Below are positions 13,982 to 24,725 of a stretch of 64,000 nucleotides of DNA, piece after piece (the stretch's first letter is position 1; each line of letters starts with the position of its first letter). The notes beneath the pieces were generated by a model. The model had not been told where the DNA came from, did no database searches, and saw only the letters and a list, made by a program, of their open reading frames with translations. Both the position numbers and the translations under genes were made by a program. The stretch spans positions 13,304,644 to 13,368,643 of the forward strand of contig CM120643.1 of NCBI GenBank assembly GCA_051362555.1. The letters run 5' to 3'. Source of the stretch: Lingula anatina. Taxonomy: Eukaryota; Animalia; Brachiopoda.

Positions 13982-16900
13982 CCTTGGTTGTTTTTCCATT
14001 GGTATGAAAGATTGATTCCATCCAAATTCTACAAATAACAGTTTCCGCGGGAAACAACTTCAGTTATACGAGATTTTTTAAAAGTGATAACAACTGTTCC
14101 TATGAGATTCATATTTCACAATATATGCATTGTAAACAACTTACAGAATTATAATAAAGTCCATTTTATTACCACCGAAACAGCGGTTATCGCAATTATT
14201 CTTGAATCTATGTTTGACAGCTTTCCACGTGGACCTTCATAGATGACTTTACCTCTAAAGAGATTATTACAAAAAAAAAACTAATAATAATAATAAAAAA
14301 GATGGACAGCTTTGAATGTGGGAATGGATTCATTAACCATTTTTCCCAAACAAAAAATTGTTGTCCCTTGTAAATTAAGAAAGACAAACTGTCCCAAACA
14401 CGTATATACACGGTTGTAAAGTTACCAAAGTCATAAAGCTCAAAGCAATGAGCTACAGATATATTATGCAGCCATTGCCTATTGCCCAAAGTTTAGAATC
14501 ATAAACTTCTATTTGATTATATAAATATATTTATATATGTTTACTTTATTATCTTATATATTTAATTTATTATCTGATATATTTCATTTCCCAGGGAGTA
14601 CAAACAGTTCCAGGTTGAGAAATGTCACGTGGTGTGGATCCGATTACCCACGTACCATTACCACCTCAGGTCGCTATGCATACATCAGGTTTAAGTCCAA
14701 CAGTGCCGATTCTCGTTACTCTGGCATTCGCTTGAAGTACGAGACTTTCAGTAAGTATTGCAGGAGTTTTATTAATATTTATTTGTGTATATGTGCCATT
14801 TAATTGATCGTAAATTGCGGGTCCAGAATATTCAAGAAGTCGTCCTGCTTGTACAATACACATTGCGAAGTTGAGCAGAATATAAAACATGTGAGTGAGC
14901 GCGGGCGTGTGTGGCACATTGCTCGCGTGTGGGTTTCCATCATTGTCAGAGTGCTTATTACTTTTCTTTCTTTAAAAGTTAAAGCTTTAAGGCATTCTGT
15001 AGATCATAAATAAAGTCATAACATCATGAATTATAAAATTACGAAATTCCTAACGATCACATACTTGTCTCAGATAACACCTTCTGTCCGCCGGGGTGGG
15101 CCACATACAACGGCTCCTACTGCATACAGGTTAAGACGCACAAAGAGAAGTGGAAAGACGCCCATAAGCACTGTACCTATGACCAGGCCAACTTGGTCAG
15201 CATTTCCAGCCGACAAGAGGCAGACTTTATTGCAGGTAACATTTTTGGTCGTTTTTAAAACTTGCGTTTATGCAGAATCTTAGGCCTATCTGTTTATTTA
15301 TTCATTTTTATTTGAATTATATAATTTATTTCTAAGGCGTGTCAAATAAATACATTTATAATTATTGTTCATTTTGTACAGGAATGCAGAATATTTCCAG
15401 TAGTTATATATGGGTAGGATTTGAAAAATACAGCAGCAAAAATCATAATTGGAAATGGATAGACCCTGCAGAACACTATGAGCCGCCTGGGTAAGTCCAC
15501 ATGTTTACAATAAATAAATAAATAAACAAATAATAGTAAAAAGCTCAACTTTAGTTCACTTCTTCATAACACATGCAATGTGAATGTTTTGTCGTTTCAA
15601 CACATAGTGGGATTCATTTTTTTTTTTCACGTTCACTCTGCAGATTTTTAATCAGTGCCAAAATGTATCAATCAAAACTGAGAATATAAGAGATGGAGTG
15701 GAGTTTTGATATTGTTAAAATGTTAAGTTTACTTATAATACGGGAATTTTTAAAGTTGTTTTACGTCGACTTTGCAGACTTTTTGAGGCAGGAGAGTCTA
15801 ACACCGAATGTGCTGGCTTCAACCCTTCGTCCAAGTCTTATGTGGAGATGGACTGCTCTGCAAAGAATATTTTCGCGTGTAAAATGATAAAAGGTAATGA
15901 AGTTTTAAACTTGCTTTACGAATAGAATCCATACCTTTGCTTTGTTAATAACATTTCCAAGGTTGCAGCCTTACGGATATATATGAATGTTTAATTGAAA
16001 TATTTTTTTAAAAACGTTTTAGCTTGCTTTTGCATTTATGAACCGACTTTTTTGTCATTGTGACATTATCTATATCATACACTTTGCTGCTTCTTACTCA
16101 ATATATTTTTATGACTTTGAATTTAATTGTGTGACCAACAAAAAAAATTAAGTTATAGGCTACTATGATAATCTGTATAATAATAGGAGATCAGTCGAAG
16201 TCTCCTTTTCACGTGTTCCCCCAAACTACAAAGATCTGTTGACAACTGACAATACCTTAAGGCAGTAGGAAGATAGTGGCCGAAGTTTGAATTTGATTAT
16301 AACTGTTAAAAGTATATTTTAAAGGCATTCTTCGGCAATTTCCGTAAAGCTTCGGTATGTGTAACAGAAATCATATATGTTGTCATTAACATTATTGTAG
16401 AGAGCAGGATTTGCTGGACGAGTGGTAACGTCCTTGGCTGCCAAACACGACGGAGTGGGTTCGATTCCCACTCAGTCCCATATCTTTAAATTATTTTTAT
16501 TATATACTAATCTCTTATCATGGTTCAGTGATTGATGTGGTAGGTATCAGTTACTTAAATATTTAGTAATATTTGAATGCTGCTACTGCTGGGCAATATC
16601 AATTAATTGTATTTTGATACTTGGTTTTGTCTATTTAATCATTTATAAGTAAAATACCAAAATACCGGAATTTGTTCATTTTCAGGCAATAACACTGTAT
16701 TTCCAACTCCAGACAGAAAAGAAGGTAAAGATGTTTTTGTTTCTTACAAAGCGGCTGTCTTAATCATGATAATGCTTGCGTTTTCTTTTCCAATTCATTT
16801 ATAAACTTCAAATAAATAGGCCGTTATCTGTGGTTTATTTTCTTATAATCCTTCAATTAATAATTTTTTATCATTGCACGATTTAAACAAAGGGAGGAGG

Positions 16901-17640
16901 TTTTCTGTATTAAATGAAAAAACAGTGTATTAAAAAAATAAATCGGAGTGCCACAGACTTATTATTCTGTCCAAGAGGAGACTTATAAATTAATTTAATT
17001 AGATCTCTCTTCGATTTTAATTCCAGGCGAAGAAATACAGTGGCACTGGGTCGGTGTGGGAGCAGGTCTTTTCGTTGTCTGCTTTTTCACTGGCACGAAA
17101 ATGAGCAAAAGAAAGAAAAATGTGACAACATTGGAAACAACGGCGCATGCAACTTCTGTTCAGGTGAATTCGACATCAAGTTCGCCCCGAACTCCCCATC
17201 GCAAGGACACGCCAGCGGTGACTCTGGAATTACGATCACGCGAGGAAGATCTCCCCACATGTAAAGACAATTCCGACGATAGACCAATATTAAGGAGGAC
17301 TTATTCCGACCCGAACATGAGATCAGGCCATCTCCTTTCCAGAGACTCTCGCGCTAATAGTGGTCACCAGGTACCTGACAACGATAACGTCTCACATCAT
17401 TCACGGGAAAATCAACAAATTCTCAGGGTTGACAGGTTACCCGACACGGGGAACACAAAGGCGCGTGCTCTGCCGCCTATTAACGTTGCACCCACTATGC
17501 CTCCAGTGGATAGTGGCACTGGTGCGTCTTGGCACTATGACTATTCAACAGAGCCATCTATAGAGGATGATTCCCATGTACATTTACCCCCTCCCCCGTC
17601 ATATGATGAGATCATGGGCGTGGCTGATCATCACCATTAG
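9280..17640 (+). CDS. CUB + C-type lectin domain single-pass membrane receptor with PPxY tail, paralog B (8 coding exons, ~510 aa)
   Basis: Exons 9280-9379, 13659-13895, 14595-14750, 15074-15235, 15382-15490, 15778-15893, 16686-16724 and 17027-17640 join in frame (1533 nt) with the same intron positions and phases as paralog A. Leader ITALIVLIQIICLVKLA; CUB YYGNNIMCTWFLDAG..WCG..GRYAYIRFKS; CTL CPPGW..KWKDAHKHC..NLVSISS..IWVG..WKWID; TM WHWVGVGAGLFVVCFFTGT; tail ends PPPPSYDEI. Confidence 0.88.
10150..10322. mobile_element. 173-bp MITE of the same CAG(G/T)(G/A)GCGGAT TIR type, nested in the 4-kb element
   Basis: TGAAGG|CAGGAGCGGAT ... ATCCGCCCCTG|TGAAGG, with a 6-bp TSD. Confidence 0.8.
12207..12555 (+). 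repeat. 34-bp minisatellite, ~10 copies
   Basis: Unit gactcgccccacctgtcacccctccaatgcaatg at 12207, 12241, 12275 and onward; explains ORFs 12130..12438 and 12272..12472. Confidence 0.92.
14083..14368 (+). mobile_element. Kolobok-type MITE, copy 2 (degenerate)
   Basis: agtgataacaactgttcc..aatgtgggaatggattc..ttgtccct is homologous to 3703-4031. Confidence 0.72.
16407..16479 (+). pseudogene. tRNA-like sequence (tRNA-Gly(GCC)-derived pseudogene or SINE head) in an intron
   Basis: D-arm GGACG-AGTGGTAA-CGTCC with A box; T-arm GTGGG-TTCGATT-CCCAC with B box; loop CT-GCC-AA. The anticodon and acceptor stems pair poorly. Confidence 0.6.
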
Positions 17641-18599
17641 TTGTAGGTGAAAGGGTGCTGTCGAATGGAAGAGTAGGACTGTTATGTGACACAGACTAAA
17701 TATCAATAGGGGACTTTTTGTTCGACTCATTAAAAATTATTGAAAGGACAATCTAATATTTTTGTTCATAAAATTTATCTTCGAAACTTAAATGCCAAAT
17801 ATATCATCAGTTCTTCACTCATGCAAGATTTCTCAACAGATAGACTACACATATCTGTGTAATGTCGACTACAATTGTATAGATGAAGGAAGTTGTTACT
17901 TAATGTAAAAGAGGAACTGCTGCAAACTTTTCAAAACCGTATCTTTTGTTACACATGTGCCATGTAATTATACACGCTATCTTTGTGCCCCACTTGTTGC
18001 ACAGTTTTAGTTTTTAGCCTTGTTTCTGTTTTAACGAGAGCAGATACAAAAAAAAAAACTTCGTAAAAGAAGATGACACGATTTTAAAAAGGATAAATAA
18101 AAGACATTGCAAAATAAGGAGAATTGAAGGCGTATGGACTCCACTTCTAGACAGTATGAACTCTACGAATCCGTGTGTCCAGCTTATGTTGCATTCGGCA
18201 AACCATCGCCAACCAAAAACTAAATTGTGTGAATGTGCGTTGCAAACTAGGCAAAATTCTGCAAAAGTTGCTGATGACTATAACGTTGCGTTACCTTTAA
18301 GAAAAAAGCTACTTTTTTTTTGGACATTGCTTTTTTACCAAAACAATGTACATGGTGTATACTGTTTCCATTATCCATTGCAACACTTTGACGGTGAAGG
18401 CTAGGTTATAAATTGATTTTTCATTAGATATTCACAGATATGTCTCTGGCTCGATTCTCTGCTGTAAGCAACGAATAAAATGCACATAGTTAATGAAAAG
18501 GCAATTGTAGCCAAATGCAAAGTTGCTTATTTAGCCAATATACTTTAAGATAGTACGAAAAGTTTCTGCAGTGAAAACGTACTTGAAGACATTGAAAAC

Positions 18600-19712
18600 A
18601 TACATACTTTACTCAGATCAGTTATCAAAGTAGTATCTTATCTTCATCATTGCTGAAATTGAGATTTTACCTTCACAGCATAGAAAAGTTCCACTCTCTC
18701 TATTTTAGAGTTTGACCAAGTACATGCCAATAGTGCAGCTTAGGTTGAACAGTTAATTTGTCCATTTTATTGGAACACGATGCTTTTAGTTGATGGTGTT
18801 AAATATGCTACATACATGTAAATCGAAATCAATAATCAAAATGCATTACATACATTACCGCAAAAAGCAAAACTATAACATAATTCACTAAATCATTAAA
18901 AAACAGCGAAAAACTCTCTTAAGGTCTAACCTTTTCTCATCAGACGTGGGCAGTTGATTTTTATATCTCTTGTACCCAATAAAACATTTAGATGCTCAAG
19001 CATAGGCTTATTCATAGGAATTATTTCTCTTTTGTTGGGCATTGAGTAGATGAGGCTGTAACATTTACTTTTTCTCATAAGACAGAAAAAATCAATGAAG
19101 CAAAGATATGCTGTACATAGTATCAAAAACGTAGGCAAATTTTACTAATATTTTAAAGTGCAGAGAAAATGCTTTGTCTCTCTATCTAAACAATTCAGCA
19201 CACACACGCACTCACAATTACTTTGGAGAATGACATACATAAATATCAAAGCCTAACCAATATGCTAATTTAAGATAATACCAACATAATTTCTGCTCTG
19301 AAAACAAAATTGAGGACAGTTACTCCGATCAGTTATCAAAGTAGCCTCTTAATCTTATCCTCATCATTGCTGAAATTCAGCAAAGTTAATTTCATAGCAC
19401 AGACAATTTTCACTCTCTTTTTTTAAGTTTTGGCCAGGTACGTGATTTTCACTGGTGCCGGTTAACTTGCCCGCGTTATTACAACACGATAATTATAGTT
19501 GATTGCATTACAGAAACCGCTTAAAACGGTTACAAAACGAAAAAATATTCATTTCATATATAATCACAAAAAAAAACATTGTACTAGTATAAGTAAGTTT
19601 CAATACAATAATATAAATCAATTTTTCTTGTATCTCGCCTATGCTCTAAACTCCCCACTTTAGAAGCAGATATTTCCATATCTCTTGTACCCTCTCAAAC
19701 AGGCCGATGTAC
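18600..19712. repeat. Diverged tandem duplication, ~710-bp period
   Basis: tactc(a/c)gatcagttatcaaagtag..tcatcattgctgaaatt at 18610 and 19321; atatctcttgtaccc at 18963 and 19678. The second copy is interrupted by the Kolobok MITE. Confidence 0.75.
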
Positions 19713-19714
19713 AA

Positions 19715-20056
19715 AGGGATAGCAACTGTTATTTTTTGCCAAAAAATGAATTTTCCTGAGGTAAGCAACAATTTCCCCAAACTTACCAATAGTTGATGAA
19801 TCCATTCTGACATTCAAAGTTAGTCCCTGTGTTTTTTTTTCCTAAAAAGTTTGGTTTTTTGTAATAATCTCTTAGAGATTATTACAGAGGGTAGGCATCT
19901 ATGGACATCGCGTGGTTCGATGGCAAGAGCAGATTCTGAATACTTGTGATAACCGCTGTTTTGGTTGTAAAAAGGAATTTATTATATTTCTATTAGCTGT
20001 TTACAATGCATTTATTGTGAAATATGAATCTCATATATGGAAGAGTTGCTATCCCT
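19715..20056 (-). mobile_element. Kolobok-type MITE, copy 3 (inverted)
   Basis: AGGGATAGCAACTGTT ... AAGAGTTGCTATCCCT|TTAA; the body is the reverse complement of 3703-4031. Confidence 0.8.
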
Positions 20057-20414
20057 TTAAGTGAATATGAGCAACTGTATCTCTTTTGCTGGAATTGCCC
20101 AGCGCCTAACTGTTGGAACGGAAGCGGCTGTGACATTCAAATAATCATCTTATCATAAGTAGAAGTCACTTTAGAAATATCAATATATCGAAGTGCAATA
20201 AAAAAAATGTATTGTCTTTTAATGTGAACATTCTGCGAACAAGCACATGTTCACAAATTCATGATATCACCTGTGCCCTGTTATACAGCGTAAGATTTCC
20301 ATTAATTTGTGTAGTTAGATTTTCATTGCCTTGCATAACGCTAACCCTAACCTGTATAAACTTGTATGTTGAGCGGACTCTCTTTTGCCCGCACCCCTAG
20401 TTCCTTAACACCAA

Positions 20415-23400
20415 TTACTTGTCAAAGCCCATAATATTCCCACAATGCCCTATCTTTTTCAAACGCCTGGATGATTTCATTACGTTCATATTATCAGAGT
20501 TATCACCAATGGTATCAAACCCGTGTATATTTTTATTTGGGCCACTTGGCTTCTTTTTAGGCTTGGATTCGACTTCTTCGTCATCATCGTGTTCCTCTTC
20601 GGTTTGGTTATTATCTTGGTACCTACTTTCTGAATTTTTTTGCTCTTCTTCATTTTTCTTAAAAGAAGACTTAACAACACGCCCACCTCCGACAACATAC
20701 ATGCCACTCGCGTCCTTACTTTCCCGGCCGTCACCCCTTATTCCATACCCCTTTTTTCTAGAAAGTTTACCTGCAAGACCACCCTCACTGCTTGTTCCGC
20801 ACCCACAGCTACATTCCATACAATCCCCGTCACTTAACTCATTCCCGCTATCACTACCTTCTTTCTCTACTCTTACTTTACTTTCCCTTTTACTGTCTCT
20901 GCTGAACCCCCTCTCTTCTGCATAACTGCCAACGTCAAGTTCACTATTTCCATTTCTACTATTCCAATTGCTTAGATCCCAACTCCCGTCACCATTTTCA
21001 CTGGACTCATTCCCAAACCCAACATCATTTTTATTATTTCCGCCACCATTTCTACCATTCCAATTTCCAACAGCATTCCTAAAATTTCCATTTCCTACTT
21101 GATTTCGATAACTATCATCCCTGAAACCATCTTCACCATTCCCATTTTCGAAACGATTTCTAATTCTATCACCCCTGTCAACATTTTCACCACTCCCATT
21201 CACCCTACTATTTTCATAATTTTTACCACACTCATTCCTAAAGCCAGTTTTAAATCTTTTATCCCATTTGCCATTTTCGCCACTCTCATTCTCAACACGA
21301 TCTCCATTTCCAGCATATCCACCCCTCCAATTTTCGCCACCATTGGCAACACTCCCATTCTTGGATTGGTTTCTATTTCTATCATTTCCGTTAGCAGTTC
21401 TGCTTTTAAAATTTCCACCACTCCAACTATCAACAGCATTTCTACCATTTCCAGCACGATTTCTAAATGTATATCTAAAATCCCTGAAAAGATTTCCGCT
21501 ACCATTTCCGCCAACCCCACTATAATTCCCACCATTCACATTCTCGACACGTTTTCTTTTTTTGTCACCCCCACCTTTTCCACCCCTACTGTTGCTTCTT
21601 TTATTTTCATCACCCTCATTTCCCATGCTATTTCCATCACCTTCATTAACATTTCCATTACTACTTTCACCACCCTTTTTTTTATTTCCACCACTTCCAT
21701 TTCCATGATTACCATGTTCACCACTCTCAATTCCACTAATACTTACACCACCCTCGTTTTCATTTCCACGACTTCCATTTGGCCTAAGATTTTCCCATTT
21801 CTCATTTCCATTACTAGTTCCACCACCACCATTTCCATTTCCATCACCATTTTTACCACTCTCAGTTCCACTACCTTCATTTCCATTTCCACTACCATTT
21901 CCACCACTTTTAATTCCACTACTATTTTCACCACCCTTTTTTCCATTTCTGCCACTTCCATTTCCACGCCTACCATGTTCACCACTCTCAATTCCACTAA
22001 TATTTACTCCACGCTCGTTTTCATTTCCACGACTTCCGTTTCCACTAAGATTTTCATCTCTCTCAATTCCATCACTAGTTCCACCACCCCCATTTCCATC
22101 CCCATATTTGCCACTCTCAAGTCCATTACTATTTCCACTACCCTCATTTCCATTTCCACTACCATTTCCATCGCTATCATTTTCACTTCTACCACTTCCA
22201 TTTCCACGCCTACCATGTTCACCACTCTCAATTCCACTAATATTTACACCACCCTCGTTTTCATTTCCACGACTTTCATTTGGCCTAAGATTTACCCATT
22301 TCTCATTTCCATTACTAGTTCCACCACCATTTCCATTTCCATCACCATTTTTACCACTCTCAATTCCACTACCCTCATTTCCATTTCCACTACCATTTTC
22401 AGCACTCTTAATTCCACTACTATTTCCACCACCTTTTTTTTCATTTCTGCCACTTCCATTTCCACGCCTACCATGTTCACCACTCTCAATTCCACTAATA
22501 TTTACACCACGCTCGTTTTCATTTCCACGACTTCCGTTTCCACTAAGATTTTCATCTCTCTCATTTCCATCACTAGTACCACCACCCCCATTTCCATCAC
22601 CATTTTTGCCACTCTCAAGTCCACTACTATTTCCACTACCCTCATTTCCATTTCCACTACCATTTTCAGCACTCTTAATTCCACTACTATTTCCACCACC
22701 TTTTTTTCCATTTCTGCCACTGCTATTTCCACAACTTCCATGTTCACCACTCTCAATTTCACTTGCATCTACACCACCCTCATTTTCATTTCCACGACTT
22801 CCGTTTCCACTAAGATTTTCATCTTTCTCATTTCCATTACTAGTTCCACCACCCCCATATCCATCACCATTTTTGCCATTCTCAAGTCCACTTCTATTTC
22901 CACTACCCTCATTTCCATTTCCACTACCATTTCCACTGCTATCATTTTCGATTCTACCACTTCCATTTCCACGCCTACCATGTTCACCACTCTCAATACC
23001 AATAATATTTACACCACCCTCGTTTTCATTTCCACGACTTCGGTTTCCACTAAGATTTTCATCTCTCTCATTTCCATCACTAGTTCCACCACCCCCATTT
23101 CCATCATCATTTTTGCCACTCTCAAGTCCACTACTATTTCCACTACCCTCATTTCCATTTCCACTACCATTTTCACCACTCTTAATTCCACTACTACTTC
23201 CACCGCTATCATTTTCACTTCTACCACTTCCACTTCCACGCCTACCATGTTTACCGCTCTCATTTCCACGATCATATCTATCACTTACATTCCCTAGATA
23301 ATTTCCATTCCCACTTCCATTTCCACCACTCCCATTTTTGCAGCCTTGTCCACTATTCTTCTTTCTACTACCATACCGATCACTCCCACTTGTACTACCA

Positions 23401-24725
23401 TTCCCACCACTCCCATTTCCACTTCCATCACTCCCATTTACACCGCTTCTATCCCCACTGCTGTTTCCACCACTCCGATTCCCACTACCATTTCCACCAC
23501 TGTCATTTCCCCCTCCATTCCCACCACTCCCACTCCCAGAGCCACCCCCTCCACCTAAGCCCCAACCAAAATTGAATAAAGAAAAATGGGGACTGAAACC
23601 AATGCCTCCCACACCAACAGAGTAATCAAAACTGACAAGACTGAAAGATGGATTTGTGGAAACAGTTGGTGCAACATTAGCATCAACTCCTGCTCTGAAA
23701 TTTACTGCCGAGAAAGACACCCCTCCCCCTTGCTCGATTACGGACTTTTGTCCACTTCTTAGGCCACATATATCTGCATTTATACCATTAACTGTGACTC
23801 CTGTTTTTGTAACCACTTCATGTGTGTTTCGTGCATCTAATCCAACTGCCTGTGCATTGATGCCATTTGCTTCAAATGTTTTAGTTTCTGTGCTTGCTTG
23901 CGAAGTTTGGCCGACATCAATGCCCTTAACCTTTGCATTCAAACCACTATATTGTTCACCTATTCTCTGCCATTTCTTTGATACATTTACGGATCCCTCG
24001 ACACCTACAACTTCAGCTGTCAACCCCCTTGCCTTTATGCCAACTATTTCCGCTCCGGCGGTTGCGCTTGCCTGGAATTTTGCGCCTCGGATGTCAGCGG
24101 TCAACCCAGTGGTACTGACCCCTTTTACCGTGCACTGCGCTGAAGCGTCTGCAGTTGCTTGCAGACCAGTGGCATCAATCGTGCCACATTTCAAGTCCGT
24201 ACCAATGACTGTAACTGGTGCCTCAGCTGAGACTCCAAAGTTGGCCCCAGTTAAGTTAACCTGGAGTCCCGTTGCTCGAAACGCAGTAAGCTTTGGGGCA
24301 ACTTCAGCGTTTCCTTTACATTTGATGCCAGTGACGTTGACTTGTGCCCCCTGCAGGACGGCCCCATTGAGCTGACTATCGACTCCCACGTTGACCCCAA
24401 TATTTACTCCAGTCACGTTCGCTTCACCTGCCTGTACTTTAATTCCAGTAATGCTCCCTTTTGCTGCTTGAGTTTCACTTTTTTTCACCCCTGTACATCC
24501 AGTGTTGCACAACGAAAAATTGCAACCATGCACTGTACACTCTTTTGTCATCAAACTAACACTTTCTTCTTTCTTTTTTACACTATGCTGATTGCATTTA
24601 CATTTGATTCGTTTGGACTTTTTCTTTGCCGCAGCCTTCTGAGCCTTAATCTTGGCTTCCGCGTCACTGTCCCATAGGATATATCCATCATCAATGTAAC
24701 AAGGGCGCCGACGTCGAAATTCCAT
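20415..24725 (-). CDS. 1436-aa uncharacterised protein: basic/Cys N-terminus, ten 27-aa beta repeats, Gly/Asn/Ser-rich tandem repeats, twin NIxGFD C-terminal motif
   Basis: Uninterrupted 4.3-kb ORF. A splice acceptor TTCATTACAG| lies 7 nt upstream of the ATG. The complex N-terminal ~390 aa and the non-repetitive C-terminus stay open, which argues for a real coding frame. Confidence 0.85.
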   Translation of the reverse strand: MEFRRRRPCYIDDGYILWDSDAEAKIKAQKAAAKKKSKRIKCKCNQHSVKKKEESVSLMTKECTVHGCNFSLCNTGCTGVKKSETQAAKGSITGIKVQAGEANVTGVNIGVNVGVDSQLNGAVLQGAQVNVTGIKCKGNAEVAPKLTAFRATGLQVNLTGANFGVSAEAPVTVIGTDLKCGTIDATGLQATADASAQCTVKGVSTTGLTADIRGAKFQASATAGAEIVGIKARGLTAEVVGVEGSVNVSKKWQRIGEQYSGLNAKVKGIDVGQTSQASTETKTFEANGINAQAVGLDARNTHEVVTKTGVTVNGINADICGLRSGQKSVIEQGGGVSFSAVNFRAGVDANVAPTVSTNPSFSLVSFDYSVGVGGIGFSPHFSLFNFGWGLGGGGGSGSGSGGNGGGNDSGGNGSGNRSGGNSSGDRSGVNGSDGSGNGSGGNGSTSGSDRYGSRKKNSGQGCKNGSGGNGSGNGNYLGNVSDRYDRGNESGKHGRRGSGSGRSENDSGGSSSGIKSGENGSGNGNEGSGNSSGLESGKNDDGNGGGGTSDGNERDENLSGNRSRGNENEGGVNIIGIESGEHGRRGNGSGRIENDSSGNGSGNGNEGSGNRSGLENGKNGDGYGGGGTSNGNEKDENLSGNGSRGNENEGGVDASEIESGEHGSCGNSSGRNGKKGGGNSSGIKSAENGSGNGNEGSGNSSGLESGKNGDGNGGGGTSDGNERDENLSGNGSRGNENERGVNISGIESGEHGRRGNGSGRNEKKGGGNSSGIKSAENGSGNGNEGSGIESGKNGDGNGNGGGTSNGNEKWVNLRPNESRGNENEGGVNISGIESGEHGRRGNGSGRSENDSDGNGSGNGNEGSGNSNGLESGKYGDGNGGGGTSDGIERDENLSGNGSRGNENERGVNISGIESGEHGRRGNGSGRNGKKGGENSSGIKSGGNGSGNGNEGSGTESGKNGDGNGNGGGGTSNGNEKWENLRPNGSRGNENEGGVSISGIESGEHGNHGNGSGGNKKKGGESSNGNVNEGDGNSMGNEGDENKRSNSRGGKGGGDKKRKRVENVNGGNYSGVGGNGSGNLFRDFRYTFRNRAGNGRNAVDSWSGGNFKSRTANGNDRNRNQSKNGSVANGGENWRGGYAGNGDRVENESGENGKWDKRFKTGFRNECGKNYENSRVNGSGENVDRGDRIRNRFENGNGEDGFRDDSYRNQVGNGNFRNAVGNWNGRNGGGNNKNDVGFGNESSENGDGSWDLSNWNSRNGNSELDVGSYAEERGFSRDSKRESKVRVEKEGSDSGNELSDGDCMECSCGCGTSSEGGLAGKLSRKKGYGIRGDGRESKDASGMYVVGGGRVVKSSFKKNEEEQKNSESRYQDNNQTEEEHDDDEEVESKPKKKPSGPNKNIHGFDTIGDNSDNMNVMKSSRRLKKIGHCGNIMGFDK
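21740..23270 (-). repeat. Coding minisatellite, ~6 units of ~230-270 nt inside the 1436-aa ORF
   Basis: Unit approximates SGIESGEHGRRGNGSGRNEKKGGGNSSGIKSAENGSGNGNEGSGNSSGLESGKNGDGNGGGGTSDGNERDENLSGNGSRGNENEGGVNI, with in-frame indels. Confidence 0.92.

Noticed and set aside
21099-23301. Long plus-strand ORFs of 732 aa (ITIFTT-rich) and 397 aa (PFPLP-rich) and the MVVEME-type minus ORFs
   Set aside because: Shadow frames of the purine-rich GN repeat tract; low complexity and confined to the repeats.
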